The notes beneath the pieces are model-generated. The model was not told the DNA's origin. It did not search any database and worked only from the letters and a program-made list of their open reading frames with translations. Of a DNA stretch of 64,000 nt, positions 38,785-60,845 are shown one piece after another. The stretch is from Octopus vulgaris. Taxonomy: Eukaryota. The stretch is from NCBI GenBank assembly GCA_951406725.2, contig OX597838.1, positions 19,592,001-19,656,000 of the forward strand. The letters run 5' to 3'. The position numbers were made by a program, and so were the translations under genes. The first letter of the stretch is position 1. Each line of letters starts with the position of its first letter.

Positions 38785-40125
38785 TGATTTTCCATCATTC
38801 CGAATACGAAAATTACATTAGAGATTGGAGCAAGAAATATATGCATAATCATAGAATCATAATATCTATCTTAATAGAATTCGTCGTAAATTTTAACTGC
38901 ATTATATATAACATTATTGAAACTGTATAAAACGGCGACCAATCATGAATAATGCAACAGAATTGTAATAACTTTCGATGTACGCTAACTATAGAAGTAC
39001 CTTGTGGAGGTACGATTATTTGTGGCGGTACGGTGGATCAAAAACATCAACAGTCTCAGAAATTAACAATGGACTGTCATTGTCTGGAACCAGATTCCAA
39101 ACGTAATCACCCCATCAATGCTTTCATTCCACTATCCTTAATATCGCTTCTCCATCCTGATGGAATCGTTCACCATGTTCTTCTGACACGGCACCAAGAT
39201 TCGGTTGGAAGAATTCCAAATGATAATGCAAATACTGGAACTTGAGTGACATTTTATATCTTATAATTCTGTGACTTTGATGCCGTTCTTCAATACGAGT
39301 TTTGTAATTTTCTGCTATATTGTTGTGCAAAAAGCCATTGACAACGTTCTTGAATGCATTCGAAGCTCTTTTCTCAACAACTGTCAGTTCTATATCCAAT
39401 ATGCGACGTATGTGACAGGAGTCTTTCGTCTGCCGCTACGTTCTGAGTTCAAATTCCGCCGAGGTCGACTTTGCCTTTCATCCTTTCGGGGTCGATTAAA
39501 TAAGTACCAATTACGCTCGGGGGTCGATATAATCGACTTAATCCGTTTGTCTGTCCTTGTTTGTCCTCTCTGTGTGTAGCCCCTTGTTGGTAGTAAAGAA
39601 ATAGGTATTTCGATGCCGTTATGTTCTGAGTTCAAATTCCGCTGAGGTCGACTTTGCCTTTCATCCTTTCGGGGTCGATTAAATAAGTACCAATTACGCT
39701 CGGGGGTCGATATAATCGACTTAATCCGTTTGTCTGTCCTTGTTTGTCCTCTCTGTGTTTAGTCCCTTGTGGGTAGTAAAGAAATAGGTATTTCGTCTGC
39801 CGTTACGTTCTGAGTTCAAATTCCGCCGAGGTCGACTTTGCCTTTCATCCTTTCGGGGTCGATTAAATAAGTACCAATTACGCTCGGGGGTCGATATAAT
39901 CGACTTAATCCGTTTGTCTGTCCTTGTTTGTCCTCTCTGTGTTTAGCCCCTTGTGGGCAGTAAAGAAATAGGTATATGACAGGAGCCATCCAAGAACGGA
40001 CCGATATGCAACACGTGCAACACGTACAGCCATGTTGAATAAGTTTTGCTGGTACTGCTTTTATATCAAGCAGGCTGAGTGGTCGCATACAGGTTCCATC
40101 TTTAGCTTGATCAAGTACCAATCAT
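38785..40125 (-). mobile_element. Second Chapaev3-like transposon, internally deleted and interrupted by a SINE trimer
   Basis: 38785-39390 is homologous to 19915-20700. 39975-40120 encodes DIKAVPAKLIQHGCTCCTCCISVRSWM, a Cys-rich N-terminal-like segment. Confidence 0.7.
39424..39971 (+). repeat. Family B trimer (headless) with 14-bp TSD
   Basis: GTATGTGACAGGAG (39408-39421) and GTATATGACAGGAG (39972-39985) flank three units. Confidence 0.88.
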
Positions 40126-40199
40126 AAATTGAAGATCATCATAATAGATAATACAATCAACTAAAGGTTAAAATCACTCTATTCCAAAATGAACTGGAT

Positions 40200-40752
40200 T
40201 TTTCGGGCATCTCCTCATTACTTTGTTTTCGTGATAGTAATTGGTTGAAGGAGAGGTATTCTTTTAGCTGCTCGTCCATAATACCCAAGCTTATGCAAAT
40301 ATGTAACACACGTTCTTGGACTAACTTCTAGCTGTTTTGCGATGTCAGAAGCCTTAGAACGGGGTTCGTTTTCCTCAATTCTCTTCAAACAGCGAAGCTT
40401 CCTTTCCGAGGGCCCAGGTCGGCTGGGACGAGAATCTGTTGATTCTTTTCCTTGGCTTTTGAATTGCACTGTAATTCTATTAACAGTAGCAAGAGGAATT
40501 TGAAAATTTTCGGCAACTTTTTGCTGGCTAAGACCAGCCTCAGACTAACCAACAATACGACCTATTTGAAAATCTGACAGTTCTGCTGCATTTTTTGTGC
40601 GTGGCATGGTAACTCTTCACAAATGTTTAATATAATGGAACCTAAAATGAAAAAAGAAGAATTACATTGTAAATTCCGCTGAAAACATATTAAGACGCTT
40701 AGATAAAAAATTTTGAAAATTAAAGGTGTCTATTTACTTCCTGCATGTCTGT
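40200..40752 (-). mobile_element. Tc1-like transposon 5' portion
   Basis: [31 protein letters not shown]...[13 protein letters not shown]...[17 protein letters not shown], a paired-like DNA-binding domain; ATG at about 40607. Confidence 0.82.
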
Positions 40753-40779
40753 GTATATGCGTATATCTAAATGTATAGA

Positions 40780-42650
<1,871 letters not shown>

Positions 42651-42750
42651 AAGTTAATCCAAACAAGAAAGCACAAAAAAACACAACAACGCAAGGACGT
42701 GGAACAAATAAAGTATTATTGGACGCTCAGGGAAGAAGGGAAGAAGGAGG

Positions 42751-42785
42751 GTTTAACGTTTCGAGCGGAGCTCTTCGTCGGAAAC
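42751..42785 (-). ncRNA. Minimal type I hammerhead motif (C at core position 4) in a short repeat (about 42650-42845)
   Basis: GUUU-CCGACGA-A-GAGC-ucc-GCUC-GAAA-CG-UU^AAAC; all stems pair. Confidence 0.75.
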
Positions 42786-42851
42786 ATAGGAGAAGGAAAG
42801 ATCCCGAGAAGGGAAGACAGAGGGAAAAAAATCTCCAGTGGTACAGATATA

Positions 42852-43420
42852 TAGGGTGCGGTGAATAAACTGTCGTCTAAACTAAGCAAAAATGAAAATA
42901 ACACTTGCATCTCAATTTAACAGATATATTTACCAAAATTACATAAAAATATCTTGAAATGCTAGAGTACATCTATTCATTAAAATCGCCATTGGCTTGA
43001 AGCACGGCCTCCAGACAACTTCGGAATCTCCTGTAACTCTTCTGGATGGTCTCATTGTTTAAGTTGGTGAATGCTGCCATAATCCTTGCCTTCATTTCAT
43101 CTTTGGTGTTACAATGAGTTTTGCTGGTCTCTCGCTCAACTGCGCCCTACACATAATAATCACATAATAATCAAGGGGGTTACAGTCTGGGGAGTTAGGT
43201 GGCCAGATGTTAGGGCTGATGTGGTCACATACATTGTGTGACAGTCATGACTGGGTTCTCCTGCTTGTATGGCATTGTGCAGAGTCCTGTTGCCAGACAT
43301 ATGGTCTTCCTGTAGCCACCCTCTTGACCCAGGGCAGCACTACCTCCTCTAGGTACATCACTAGTAATCACTCCAAACACCATGATGTTGACAGGATGTT
43401 TGATTTTTCTCACCCTCAGT
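42852..43420 (-). mobile_element. Tc1/mariner (maT/DD37D-like) transposon 3' portion
   Basis: IMVFGVITSD, WQQDSAQCH, WPPNSPDCNPLDYYV and EAVLQANGDFNE in shifted frames; terminus AGGGTGCGGTGAATAAA. Confidence 0.8.
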
Positions 43421-43525
43421 AAATGTCCTCTGATTTGGTTTAAACCCAAACCACGAAAAAGAGGATCCACGAGGCACGCCGTTATAACACTAGAACGGAC
43501 GTTCTGCAGATGCAGCACAAGTTTT

Positions 43526-43571
43526 GTCAAGTGAACAGGTCACGTTTTCAGAGCGACGAAAATATTTTGAC
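43526..43571 (+). ncRNA. Hammerhead-like motif with G3:C8 core (GUGAACA)
   Basis: GUCA(A)-GUGAACA-G-GUC...GAC-GAAA-AUAU-UU^UGAC. Confidence 0.55.
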
Positions 43572-43875
43572 TCCAATGAAATTTAAATATCGAAGTGAAT
43601 CTAAGGGGGTTTTTGTGTGTGTTCTTATATGGCTTACAAACATCTTCCATGCTGCAATTGTTTTTGTTTCAGCACACAATCTCAGATCAAGTCACTTGCT
43701 ATGCAAGTACATCTCCGTAATTTAATTTTCACTCGTGTCCGAATTTTCGCTGATCGACCAGTATCACAGACGAACTGTATCCAGGACAGACACCGGCTGA
43801 CAGACTAGATTTAATATGAAACTTAGGGATCTCTTGATATTTTGGTGAAGAATGTTTTTTTTCAGAAAATCGACA

Positions 43876-44109
43876 CCAGGACTTATCCTTTGTAAGCCTA
43901 GTACTTATTCTATCTGTCTCTTTTGCCGAACCGCTAAGTTACGGGGACGTAAACACACCACCATCGGTTCTACCAAATACACTGACAAGGCTTTGGTCGG
44001 CCCGAGGTTATAGTAGAAGACACTTGCCCGAGGTGCCACGCAGAGGGACTGAACTCGGAACCATGTGGTTGGTAAGCAAGCTACTTACCACACAGCCACT
44101 CCTACGCCT
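43876..44109 (-). mobile_element. Family A SINE with internal deletion
   Basis: Head at 44109, tail at about 43876. Confidence 0.82.
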
Positions 44110-44620
44110 ATGAAAATAGATTAGATAGGAGCAAATAGGAAACAACTCTTACTGACCAAAGACAAAAAACAATAAAAAAAAACATAGTAATAAAATGTTT
44201 GTTACGCTGTGTAATTAATAATTCTACACTTTTCATTTTCGTCACTACAAATACGATGCACAAATAATATTAGGTACTACAAACGTTGAAATTTCATTAA
44301 TCATAGACAAAATATTCACTATGGATTAAATGCATTCTAACTACGGAATAAACGAATGCGTTATTCGGAAACTCATAAACCAGACCACAACATGCATCAG
44401 ACCAAATTGTAAACTAATACTAATAATATACTCCAAAAATACTAAAATCAAAAACGTCCTTATCGAAAACAATAAACTACAAGCATATAAACTCGAGAAC
44501 AAGCTACAAATGACCAATGGGATTTATAAATTTGATAGTAAATTTCAAAGTTGTATACTTCATGACTCCAACTGTCATATTGGCCAAAGAAGTATTACAC
44601 TTTCCCAAAGGTTCATTATG
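44110..44620 (+). pseudogene. Penelope-like element, GIY-YIG endonuclease remnant
   Basis: LIIYSKNTKIKNVLIENN...TNGIYKFDSKFQSC....CHIGQRSITLSQRF matches the PLE linker plus GIY...YIG.T...L..R motif. Confidence 0.75.
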
Positions 44621-44621
44621 A

Positions 44622-44900
44622 AGGCGTAGCTGTGTGGTAAGTAGTTTGCTTCCCAGCCACGTGGCTCCGGATTCAGTCCTACTGCGTGGCGTCTTCAGCA
44701 AGTGTCTTCTGCTATAACCTCAAACCGACCAAAGCCTTGTGAGTGGACGGAAATTGAAAGAAGTCCATCGTATGTGTGTGTGTATGTGCGCGCGCGCATA
44801 GGTTTTGTGTCTGTGTTTGTCCCCCAACCACCGTGTGACAACCGGTATGTGTTCACGTCTCCATAGCCTAGCGGTTCAGCAAAAGGTATCGATACAATAA
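44622..44900 (+). mobile_element. Family A SINE (old copy) inserted in the Penelope remnant
   Basis: GGCGTAGCTGTGTGGTAAGTAG head. Confidence 0.8.
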
Positions 44901-44934
44901 TTGCAATAATTATTTGTTCGATTCACCAATAGCA

Positions 44935-44986
44935 CATCACATCCTGATGATGGGACTATGAAAGTCTAGAAACATTGGTGGTGATG
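44935..44986 (+). ncRNA. Degraded hammerhead downstream of the Penelope endonuclease
   Basis: CAUCACAUC-CUGAUGA-U-GGGAC-uaugaaa-GUCUA-GAAA-CA-UU^GGUGGUGAUG; CA probably comes from CG by CpG decay. Confidence 0.6.
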
Positions 44987-45083
44987 ATGGGATTTGGAAT
45001 TTCATTGTTCTAATCGAAATACAAAACAAAAACTAATAAAAAGATTAATACTAAGAATATTATCGTGCTTTCAGTTCGCGCGC

Positions 45084-45143
<60 letters not shown>

Positions 45144-45933
45144 GTGTGTGCGTGTGTGTGTATGTGTGTGTGTGCGCGTGTGCGTGTGTCTGTTCATGAT
45201 CGTGTTTTTATTTGCTGTCTCTATGTTTGTCTTTACTGCTTGTATCGATTTGTTTCTGTTTGTCTGTTTTTGACTGTGTAACATCTGATATGTGCGTGTG
45301 TTTGTGTTTGTGTGTGTGTGTGTGTGTGAGTGTGAAGAGAGAGAGAGAGAGAGAGAGAGATGAACTAAGATTACATTCCCTGGATCACGGATTCTGTAGA
45401 TCGGTTCGTCGGTCGACCGTACACGCCAACGGGTTAGAAACACAAGGATATAGAATGACTATTGACTTTGTAAGCGCTGCGAGCTGTGTAAATCTTCGCA
45501 GTTTTCTCTCTTTTGTCATGCATCAGGAAAGGGGATTACCTTTGAAATTTCTGAAGAATGTGACCACATGTTGATACATCGAAATTAGTTCGCTTTTTTT
45601 TTTTTTTAAATAATAAAAGAAAGAAAAAAACGGTAGACAAGTGAATGATGTGGAGCTTCTTTCTTAGAAACGTGTCACAACACTTTGAACTGTTTTTACA
45701 TGTCGCGATGTCAGAAATCGCTGTAGTCTTTGTGCTGGGGACGTTTGAAAATGTCCCCTTTAAGCCGTATGTAATTTGTTGATGTGCTTCCAGTGGAGAC
45801 ATCAGCACAGTTTATGATACATTCTTCAGAGTATTTGCCCTTTAGAGTTCAAAGCTATATTTCAATAATTGTGTGTCGGTTCCCTTCTCTCTACACTCGC
45901 TTGCAATATTTTTTATATTGTGGTTATGAATAG

Positions 45934-46313
45934 CTATTTCTTTATTACCCACAAGGGGTTAAACATAGAGGGGACAAACAAAGACAGACATAGGTATTAA
46001 GTCGATTACATCGACCCCAGTGTGTAACTGGTACTTAATTTATCGACCCCGAAAGGATGAAAGGCAAAGTCGACCTCGGCGGAATTTGAACTCAGAACGT
46101 AACGACAGACGAAATACCTATTTCGTTACTACCCACAGGGGGCTAAACATAAATGGGACAAACAAGGACAGACAAACGGGTTAAGTCGATTATATCGACC
46201 CCAGTGCGTAACTGGTACTTAATTTATCGACCCCGAAAGGATGAAAGGCAAAGTCGACCTCGGCGGAATTTAAACTCAGAACGTAACGGCAGACGAAATA
46301 CGGCTCGCCGCCT
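45934..46313 (-). mobile_element. Family B SINE dimer
   Basis: Two units with the GAAATACC|TATTTC junction. Confidence 0.87.
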
Positions 46314-46766
46314 TAACCAGCTCACCAGCACTAGATATGTTTTCCATGCAGCTGCAAATCACTTTTACGCTGTTCTTGTTGGTGACAGTTCGACAACTGC
46401 TGTGGCTACCTTCAAAAACTACAGACATATGACTGAAAACCAGTCTATGGAGAAAATACAATATATTCTCTTCGAAATTTAAAAGTTAATCGTACGCTAA
46501 TTTGCTTAATTTGTAACCAGAAGACTGATCTTCTGGATTTATCGATGGAACAATCCAAACAATGACGATTATTTACTCCCCCCTCTCTCTCTTTCCCTCT
46601 CTCCCTCTTTCTCTCTTCAGAATTTTTTCATTCAGCAGTAGTTATGAAATATTGTTACAGTTATTCTTATCCCTGTCATGCCACCGAAAACTGCGTATTT
46701 GAATCAGCTTGTGTCACATTCTCGACGATAGCATTTGTTAATTCCAGTCTAGGCCTTCATTTGATT

Positions 46767-47165
46767 CTCTTTTACTCTTTTACTTGTTTCAGTCATTTGA
46801 CTGCGGCCATACTGGAGCACCGCCTTTAATCGAGCAACTCGACCTGGGACTTATTCTTTTTGTAAGCCCAGTACTTATTCTATCGGTCTCTTTTGCCGAA
46901 CCGCTAGATAACGGGGACATAAACACACCAGCATCGGTTGTCAAGCAACGCTAGGGGGACAAACACAGACACACAAACACACACACACGCATATATACAT
47001 ATATTCGACGGGCTTCTTTCAGTTTCCGTCTACCAAATCCACTCACAAGGCTTTGGTCGGCCCGAGACTATAGTAGAAGACACTTGCCCAAGGTGCCATT
47101 CAGTGGGACTGAACCCGGAATCATGTGGTTGGTAAACAAGCTACTTACCACACAGCCACTCCTGC
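46767..47165 (-). mobile_element. Family A SINE, full length
   Basis: Reverse complement of 7492-7910. Confidence 0.87.
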
Positions 47166-48293
47166 ATTTTTTTCTTGTTTCAGCAAGTAAGAAAATAAAA
47201 CCTAAACAAATTTTAGAATATATATTCTCAAAATATAAGGAAGATGTTGCAAGTGAGAGGTGTCAGCTGCAAGGAAACGATACGAATCATTTATTAAAAT
47301 TCTATCTAAATGTGTACTTTTACGTTATCATATCTTCTTTGATCACACCAGTCATAGAATTTGTCCTTTACTAAGCTTTTATTCATTTTTTTTTCAAGCA
47401 CGCGGATTGACAACACCACAGTAAATTGTCCAATCAGTTATTGAACGTTTTTCAGAAACCAATTCTGAAAATGTCAACTTGTTAACACTCTCCATCTGTT
47501 TTATTTCGTATAAATAACTGTACGACTCTGTGTTAAAAGCCGTTCTCTCCAACTGTCGTTTTTTTCTCTTCTTTTACATTGTTCTAATTCTATCGTCTGC
47601 TATCTTCCAATTTCTGTTTCACTGTCTAACCTTGTTACAAATCTTTGTCTAGCTTGCTGTTGTTATTTCTCGTCGTACTCTTCGTTCACTTTCTCCTTCC
47701 TTCATTTTTATTTTCCAATATTGCTGATAATCTCAAAAAAGCTGGTAGCTTAGCAGAACCAGTAGAATGTGATCGGCTTTCACGTTACATAAATACGTCT
47801 TAATTACGTTATTTTGCAATTTTTTTTTCCTTTTACATGCTCAATTCAAGTCCGACTGGAGCCTATTTTGTCTTTCATCTCTCTGGAATCTCAAAGGCTG
47901 GCTTTTATCGACAAAGCCAGAAAATACTTCGGCCTCAACAAGTACTAATCGTTTACAAATCTCAGATGAGTCCTACAGTGGAGTAGTTCTGCTACATCTG
48001 GGACGTTGCAGATGTTACTTACACAGACACCCAGAGAGCGGTTATTCAACCGATTGTCATAAAGTCACTCACAAAAACACTCCAGCTTCTTTCCTACAGA
48101 TGTGCTGTCTCCTCACTCCGCCTTTGCCACCGCTACTACAATGGTTCTGTTCCTTAGAAATGACTGACTCGTGTCACTGCCATGCTCCAGCATGGCCGCA
48201 GTCAAATGACTGAAACAAGTGAAAGAAGGGAATATATATATGTGTGTGTGTATGTGTGTGTGTGTATGTATGTATGTATGTATGTATGTATGT

Positions 48294-48377
<84 letters not shown>

Positions 48378-48892
48378 TGATGCAGCTAAACAAGCTTGGG
48401 CCTGATATTCAAATTATACTATACTTACATATTCACATGGACATATAAAGATATGTATATATAAATATATATAGAGAGAGAGAGAGAAAGAAAAAAACTG
48501 CAAATATTCCAGACGATGAACATTCGTGTACAAGCAAATATAGATATTTATACATTTACAGAACAAATTTACATGGAGTAGAAAAAAATTACAGAAAACA
48601 AAGCACGGATGGAATTGTGTTTGTTCTGTAAATATATAAATATCTCTATATGTTTCGTTTTTGGATTTGGTTTGCAAGATTCTTTCTATGAGTTCGTGTG
48701 TTGAAGCACATTCTGTTGTGTCTGGGGAGAATCATTCTCTTTTAGTGCCTTATAATTTAACACACTCGCCGGTAAAATTTCCACTCATTTCCTTCTTTAT
48801 TTTTCTAGAATTTTTGTTGCGTCTCGAAACCTTTTCAATAGTTATTTATACACGAATGTTCATCTTACGAATAGTTTCAGTTTTATTTGCTC

Positions 48893-48964
<72 letters not shown>

Positions 48965-49171
48965 ATATATGTACATGTGTATATTTATGTATGTGTATTT
49001 TGTTCATCAAACCCAAAAGTGTATCTGCATCAGTATCTCTGCATTAGCTCACCTGGTTTTTTCTTATAACCACTCTTTATCCCACGGACTTAGTACTCGA
49101 TATAGTGTAAGTTTAAATCTTAAAGTTTGAGTTCAAATCTTCTGACCACTACTACGTGTTATATATATATA

Positions 49172-49866
<695 letters not shown>

Positions 49867-49879
49867 GAATAATAATAAT

Positions 49880-50344
49880 GATTTCAAATTTTTGGCACAA
49901 GGGCAGCTTGTGGGAGAAGATTAAGTCGATTTCATCGACCCCAGTGCGTAACTGGTTCTCATTTAATCGACCCCCGAAAGGATAAAAGCCAAAGTCGACC
50001 TCAGCGGAATTTGAACTTAGAACGTAGCGACGGTCGAAATACGGCTAAGCATTTCGCCCGGCTTGTTAACGATTCTGCCAACTCCATCGCCTTAGAGTTG
50101 AGAATAATATCTGTTTCTTTATTACCCACAAGGGGCTAAACATAGAGGGGACAGACAAGGACAGACAAACGGATTAAGTCGATTATATCGACCCCAGTGT
50201 GTAACTGGTACTTAATTTATCGACCCCGAAAGGATGAAAGGCAAAGTCGACCTCGGCGGAATTTGAACTTAGAACGTAGCGACGGTCGAAATACGACTAA
50301 GCATTTCGCCCGGCTTGTTAACGATTCTGCCAACTCATCGCCTT
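49880..50344 (-). mobile_element. Two family B monomers, each with a head
   Basis: Heads end at about 50093 and 50344, each followed by a similar TTAGAG(T/C)TGAGA..AATAATATC flank. Confidence 0.82.
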
Positions 50345-50854
50345 AGAGCTGAGATTAATAATATCATGTTTCGAACGAATCTGTCTCCTGCTGTATAATT
50401 CGGGTAATATTATATCTGACGATGTAAGATAAGTGGCTCATGCAGTTATTACTTCGGTTGATTTGCAACCAAAACTCCATCTTGAACTGCTACTAACAAA
50501 GCATGGGTGTTACTTTTGTCTAATGAAGTTTGCCAGTGTTGCAATTGAGCAGGTATATGTATAATAGAATAAAAGTATAGACAGGCAAACAAGTGGTACT
50601 TCGTCTGATTAAGACATTTGCATGTTCAAGCAAAGAGGTAAAATTGTTATAGAATAATAGATCACAGGAAGTCGATAAGAGGTCTCTCACTGTGTTTATA
50701 TATATATATTCGCGCGCACAGGGATATATGTGTATAAGCAAGAGTAAGGAAATAGATGGAAAACAAAGTGGAAAAATTAGTACTCGAAAACCTAAGGCAG
50801 AGTAAAATGCTATTTTTCGGCTTACCCATACGCACATATATACTTATACACACT

Positions 50855-57735
<6,881 letters not shown>

Positions 57736-57742
57736 GTATCTT

Positions 57743-58165
57743 TAGCTGTGTGGTAAGAAGTTTACTGTCCAACCACATGGTTCCGCGTTCAGTCCCACTG
57801 CATGGCACCTTTGGCAAGTGTCTTCATCTACAGCCTCAGGGCTACCAATGCCTTGTCAGTGGATTTCGTAGACGGAAATTGAAAGAAGCCCATCATATAT
57901 GTGTGTGTGTGTGTGTGTGCGTGTATGTAAGTGTGTGTGTGTGTGTGTGCGTGTATGTAAGTGTGTGTGTGTGTTTGTCCCCCAACATCGCTTGACAACC
58001 AATGCTGGTGTGAATACGTCCCCGTAACTTAGCAGTTCGGCAAAAGAGACCGATAGAATAAGTACTAGGCATACAGAGAATAAGTCCTGGGGTCGATTTG
58101 CTCGACTAAAGGCGGTGCTCCAGCATGGTCACAGTCAAATGACTGAAACGAGTAAAAGAGTAAAC
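57743..58165 (+). mobile_element. Family A SINE
   Basis: Head, CORE, internal (TG)n and tail. Confidence 0.85.
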
Positions 58166-58304
58166 ATTTGATCACTACAAACAAATCATGTGTGTGGTTC
58201 CTTGGTAAGAAATTGTAGAACCCTCATGCGTCGTCTATCGACTGGTGAGTCCATCATGTATATGTGTGTATATATACACACATATACATTTAATAAATGT
58301 TGCT

Positions 58305-59190
58305 TACTGGGGTTGATGTAATCGACTTAATCCGTTTGTCTGTCCTTGTTTGTCCCCTTTATGTTTAGCCTCTTGTGGGCAATAAAGAAATGAGAAACGT
58401 TAGCATGCCGGGCGAAATGCTTAGCGGTATTTCGTCTGCCGTTACGTTCTGAGTTCAAATTCCGCCGAGGTCGACTTTGCCTTTCATTCTTTCGGGGTCG
58501 ATAAATTAAGTACCAGTTACGCACTGGGGTCGATATAATCGACTTAATCCGTTTGTCTGTCCTTGTTTGTCCCCTTTATGTTTAGCCCCTTGTGGGCAAT
58601 AAAGAAATAAGAAACGTTAGCATGCCGGGCGAAATGCTTAGCGGTATTTCGTCTGCGGCTACGTTCTGAGTTCAAATTCTGCCGAGGTCGACTTTGCCTT
58701 TCATCCTTTCGGTCTCGATAAATGAAGTACCAGTTACGCACTGGGGTTGATACAATCGACTTAATCCGTTTGTCTGTCCTTGTTTGTCCCCTCTGTGTTT
58801 AGCCCCTTGTGGGTAGTAAAGAAACAGGTATTTCGTCTGCCGTCACTTTCTGAGTTCAAATTCCGCCGAGGTCGACTTTGCCTTTCATCCTTTAGGGGTC
58901 GATTAAATAAGTACCAGTTACGCACTGGGGTCGAAATAATCGACTTAATCCGTTTGTCTGTCCTTGTTTGTCCCCTCTGTGTTTAGCCCCTTGTGGGTAG
59001 TAAAGAAATAGGTGTTTCGTCTGTCTTTACGTTCTGAGGTCAAATTTCGCTGAGGTCGACTTTACCTTTCATCTTTTCGGAGTCGATAAGTTATGTACCA
59101 GTTGCGTACTGGGGTCGATCTAATCGACTTGCTCTCCCCCCTCCCCCACCCAAATAATTTCATGCCTTGTGCCTAGAGTAGAAAAAAATA
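58305..59190 (+). repeat. Family B array mixing 217-bp and 184-bp units
   Basis: ORF-track repeats at 58327 and 58544 (period 217), then standard junctions at about 58826 and 59010. Confidence 0.88.
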
Positions 59191-59712
59191 TTTTGAATAG
59201 AATGTCTGTTAGTTTGGTTCCTATCCATTCCTTCAATCTCTTACATCGCCCTTTTTTAGGAGTTTCAAAGAGTTCCCCACCACCACCACCACCATCACCA
59301 TCACCACACTTCCATTCGGCTAGTACAGACTCGTATTTCCTTAGGAAAGTTTCGATAACGCTTGTAACATACCGTCAGTACTTCTATTAACACTTCGCCA
59401 GTTTATTATATCTTATCCAAAAAAAAAAAAAAAAACCTTCCAATTCCACAGTTATTTAACTGCTCCCCTTCTCTTACATGTTACTCGTTTCAATATCCAA
59501 TTCTTCCTGTGGTCCAGCTTTATCAAGACTGCAAACTTCGTCAAAGGCTTCGTTCATTATAGTATTGGAAAGGTTCTCCCCCAGCGTTCCTTCATGCTAT
59601 CATCTAATGTCACGGCCAGCTTTTTGGCTTCCTTCCAATACAGCTGAGATTTTTTTAATCATATCACATCGCTGAATAGTTCCATAAATGTGTGTGAGTG
59701 CATGTCTGTGTC

Positions 59713-59756
<44 letters not shown>

Positions 59757-59987
59757 AGTGCGTGCGTACCGAGATGAGAGAGTTAAAATATATTCTATAC
59801 TTTCTGTATGAAAAATCCTAAATGTTAAATTTTGGATTTTAATTTTAGGTCACCTGGAGAAAACGGGGTTTTTTTTTTACATGATGTAATTGGTTTTTTA
59901 ATAAATAAAGAACACATCTGAAACAGCTGCAGTGAACCTCGGCCCATATGTGTTTTTATAGACAGGCAGACAGACAGACAGACAGAC

Positions 59988-60035
<48 letters not shown>

Positions 60036-60156
60036 CATACATACATACATACATACTATATACGTGGTTGTGTATGTAAGTATATATAAGTATGTGTGTA
60101 TATATGTATATATATCTATATATGTGTGTGTGCACATATATGCATATATACATATA

Positions 60157-60212
<56 letters not shown>

Positions 60213-60243
60213 TGTTTTGCGTTCTTTTCCCATTTTTGCATTT

Positions 60244-60344
<101 letters not shown>

Positions 60345-60571
60345 GTATATGTATGTATGTATATGAGAGGCGACTCCAGGTCATCAGCGTCACTCGGGCC
60401 CCTCAGAGATTTCGCATAAGACATATAAAAGAAGGTAAGAGACATAATGCACATCGCAGACTTATACGTGCACTAATTAAACATTAAGACATATATATAG
60501 TTTTAATATAAAAATTATTCACTTCATTTATACATGAACTCCAGTCGTCTTGGTTTGATGGCGACCTCGTG

Positions 60572-60765
60572 TCATATCTTGTCATGAAGCTCCTTGTTGT
60601 TGTACAAGTCGTTCAAAGTACTTTTCTCGATGGAAATACAAACCAGTGAAAACAGCAGCTCTTGGGCCATTGTCTTTCTCAGATATGAACGGATTCTATC
60701 AAACATGGAGAAGCTTCTCTCATTAGTGATTGATATTAAGGGGATGGTCAGCACTAGCTTGATTA
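60572..60765 (-). pseudogene. hAT transposase C-terminal dimerisation-domain fragment
   Basis: LTIPLISITNERSFSMFDRIRSYLRKTMAQELLFSLVCISIE matches the P.S...ERSFS.L..I...LR.TM...RL..L...SIE motif. Confidence 0.82.
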
Positions 60766-60845
60766 TACAGTATTTCTAAAAAGGAGTTGATTGACTTGAA
60801 CTTTTTGAAATCACTGTTAATATACATATATTTTAGTAATTTGTC

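Noticed and set aside
47955-48020. CAGATGA-GTCC...GGAC stem resembling a hammerhead
   Set aside because: The core is altered and GAAA is replaced by GTTG; too degraded to call.
59480-59660. Possible LINE reverse-transcriptase remnant on the minus strand
   Set aside because: Only a faint resemblance with stops; not supportable without a profile search.
60365-60575. CTGATGA on the minus strand at 60381-60387
   Set aside because: No closing stem II or GAAA before the microsatellite begins.
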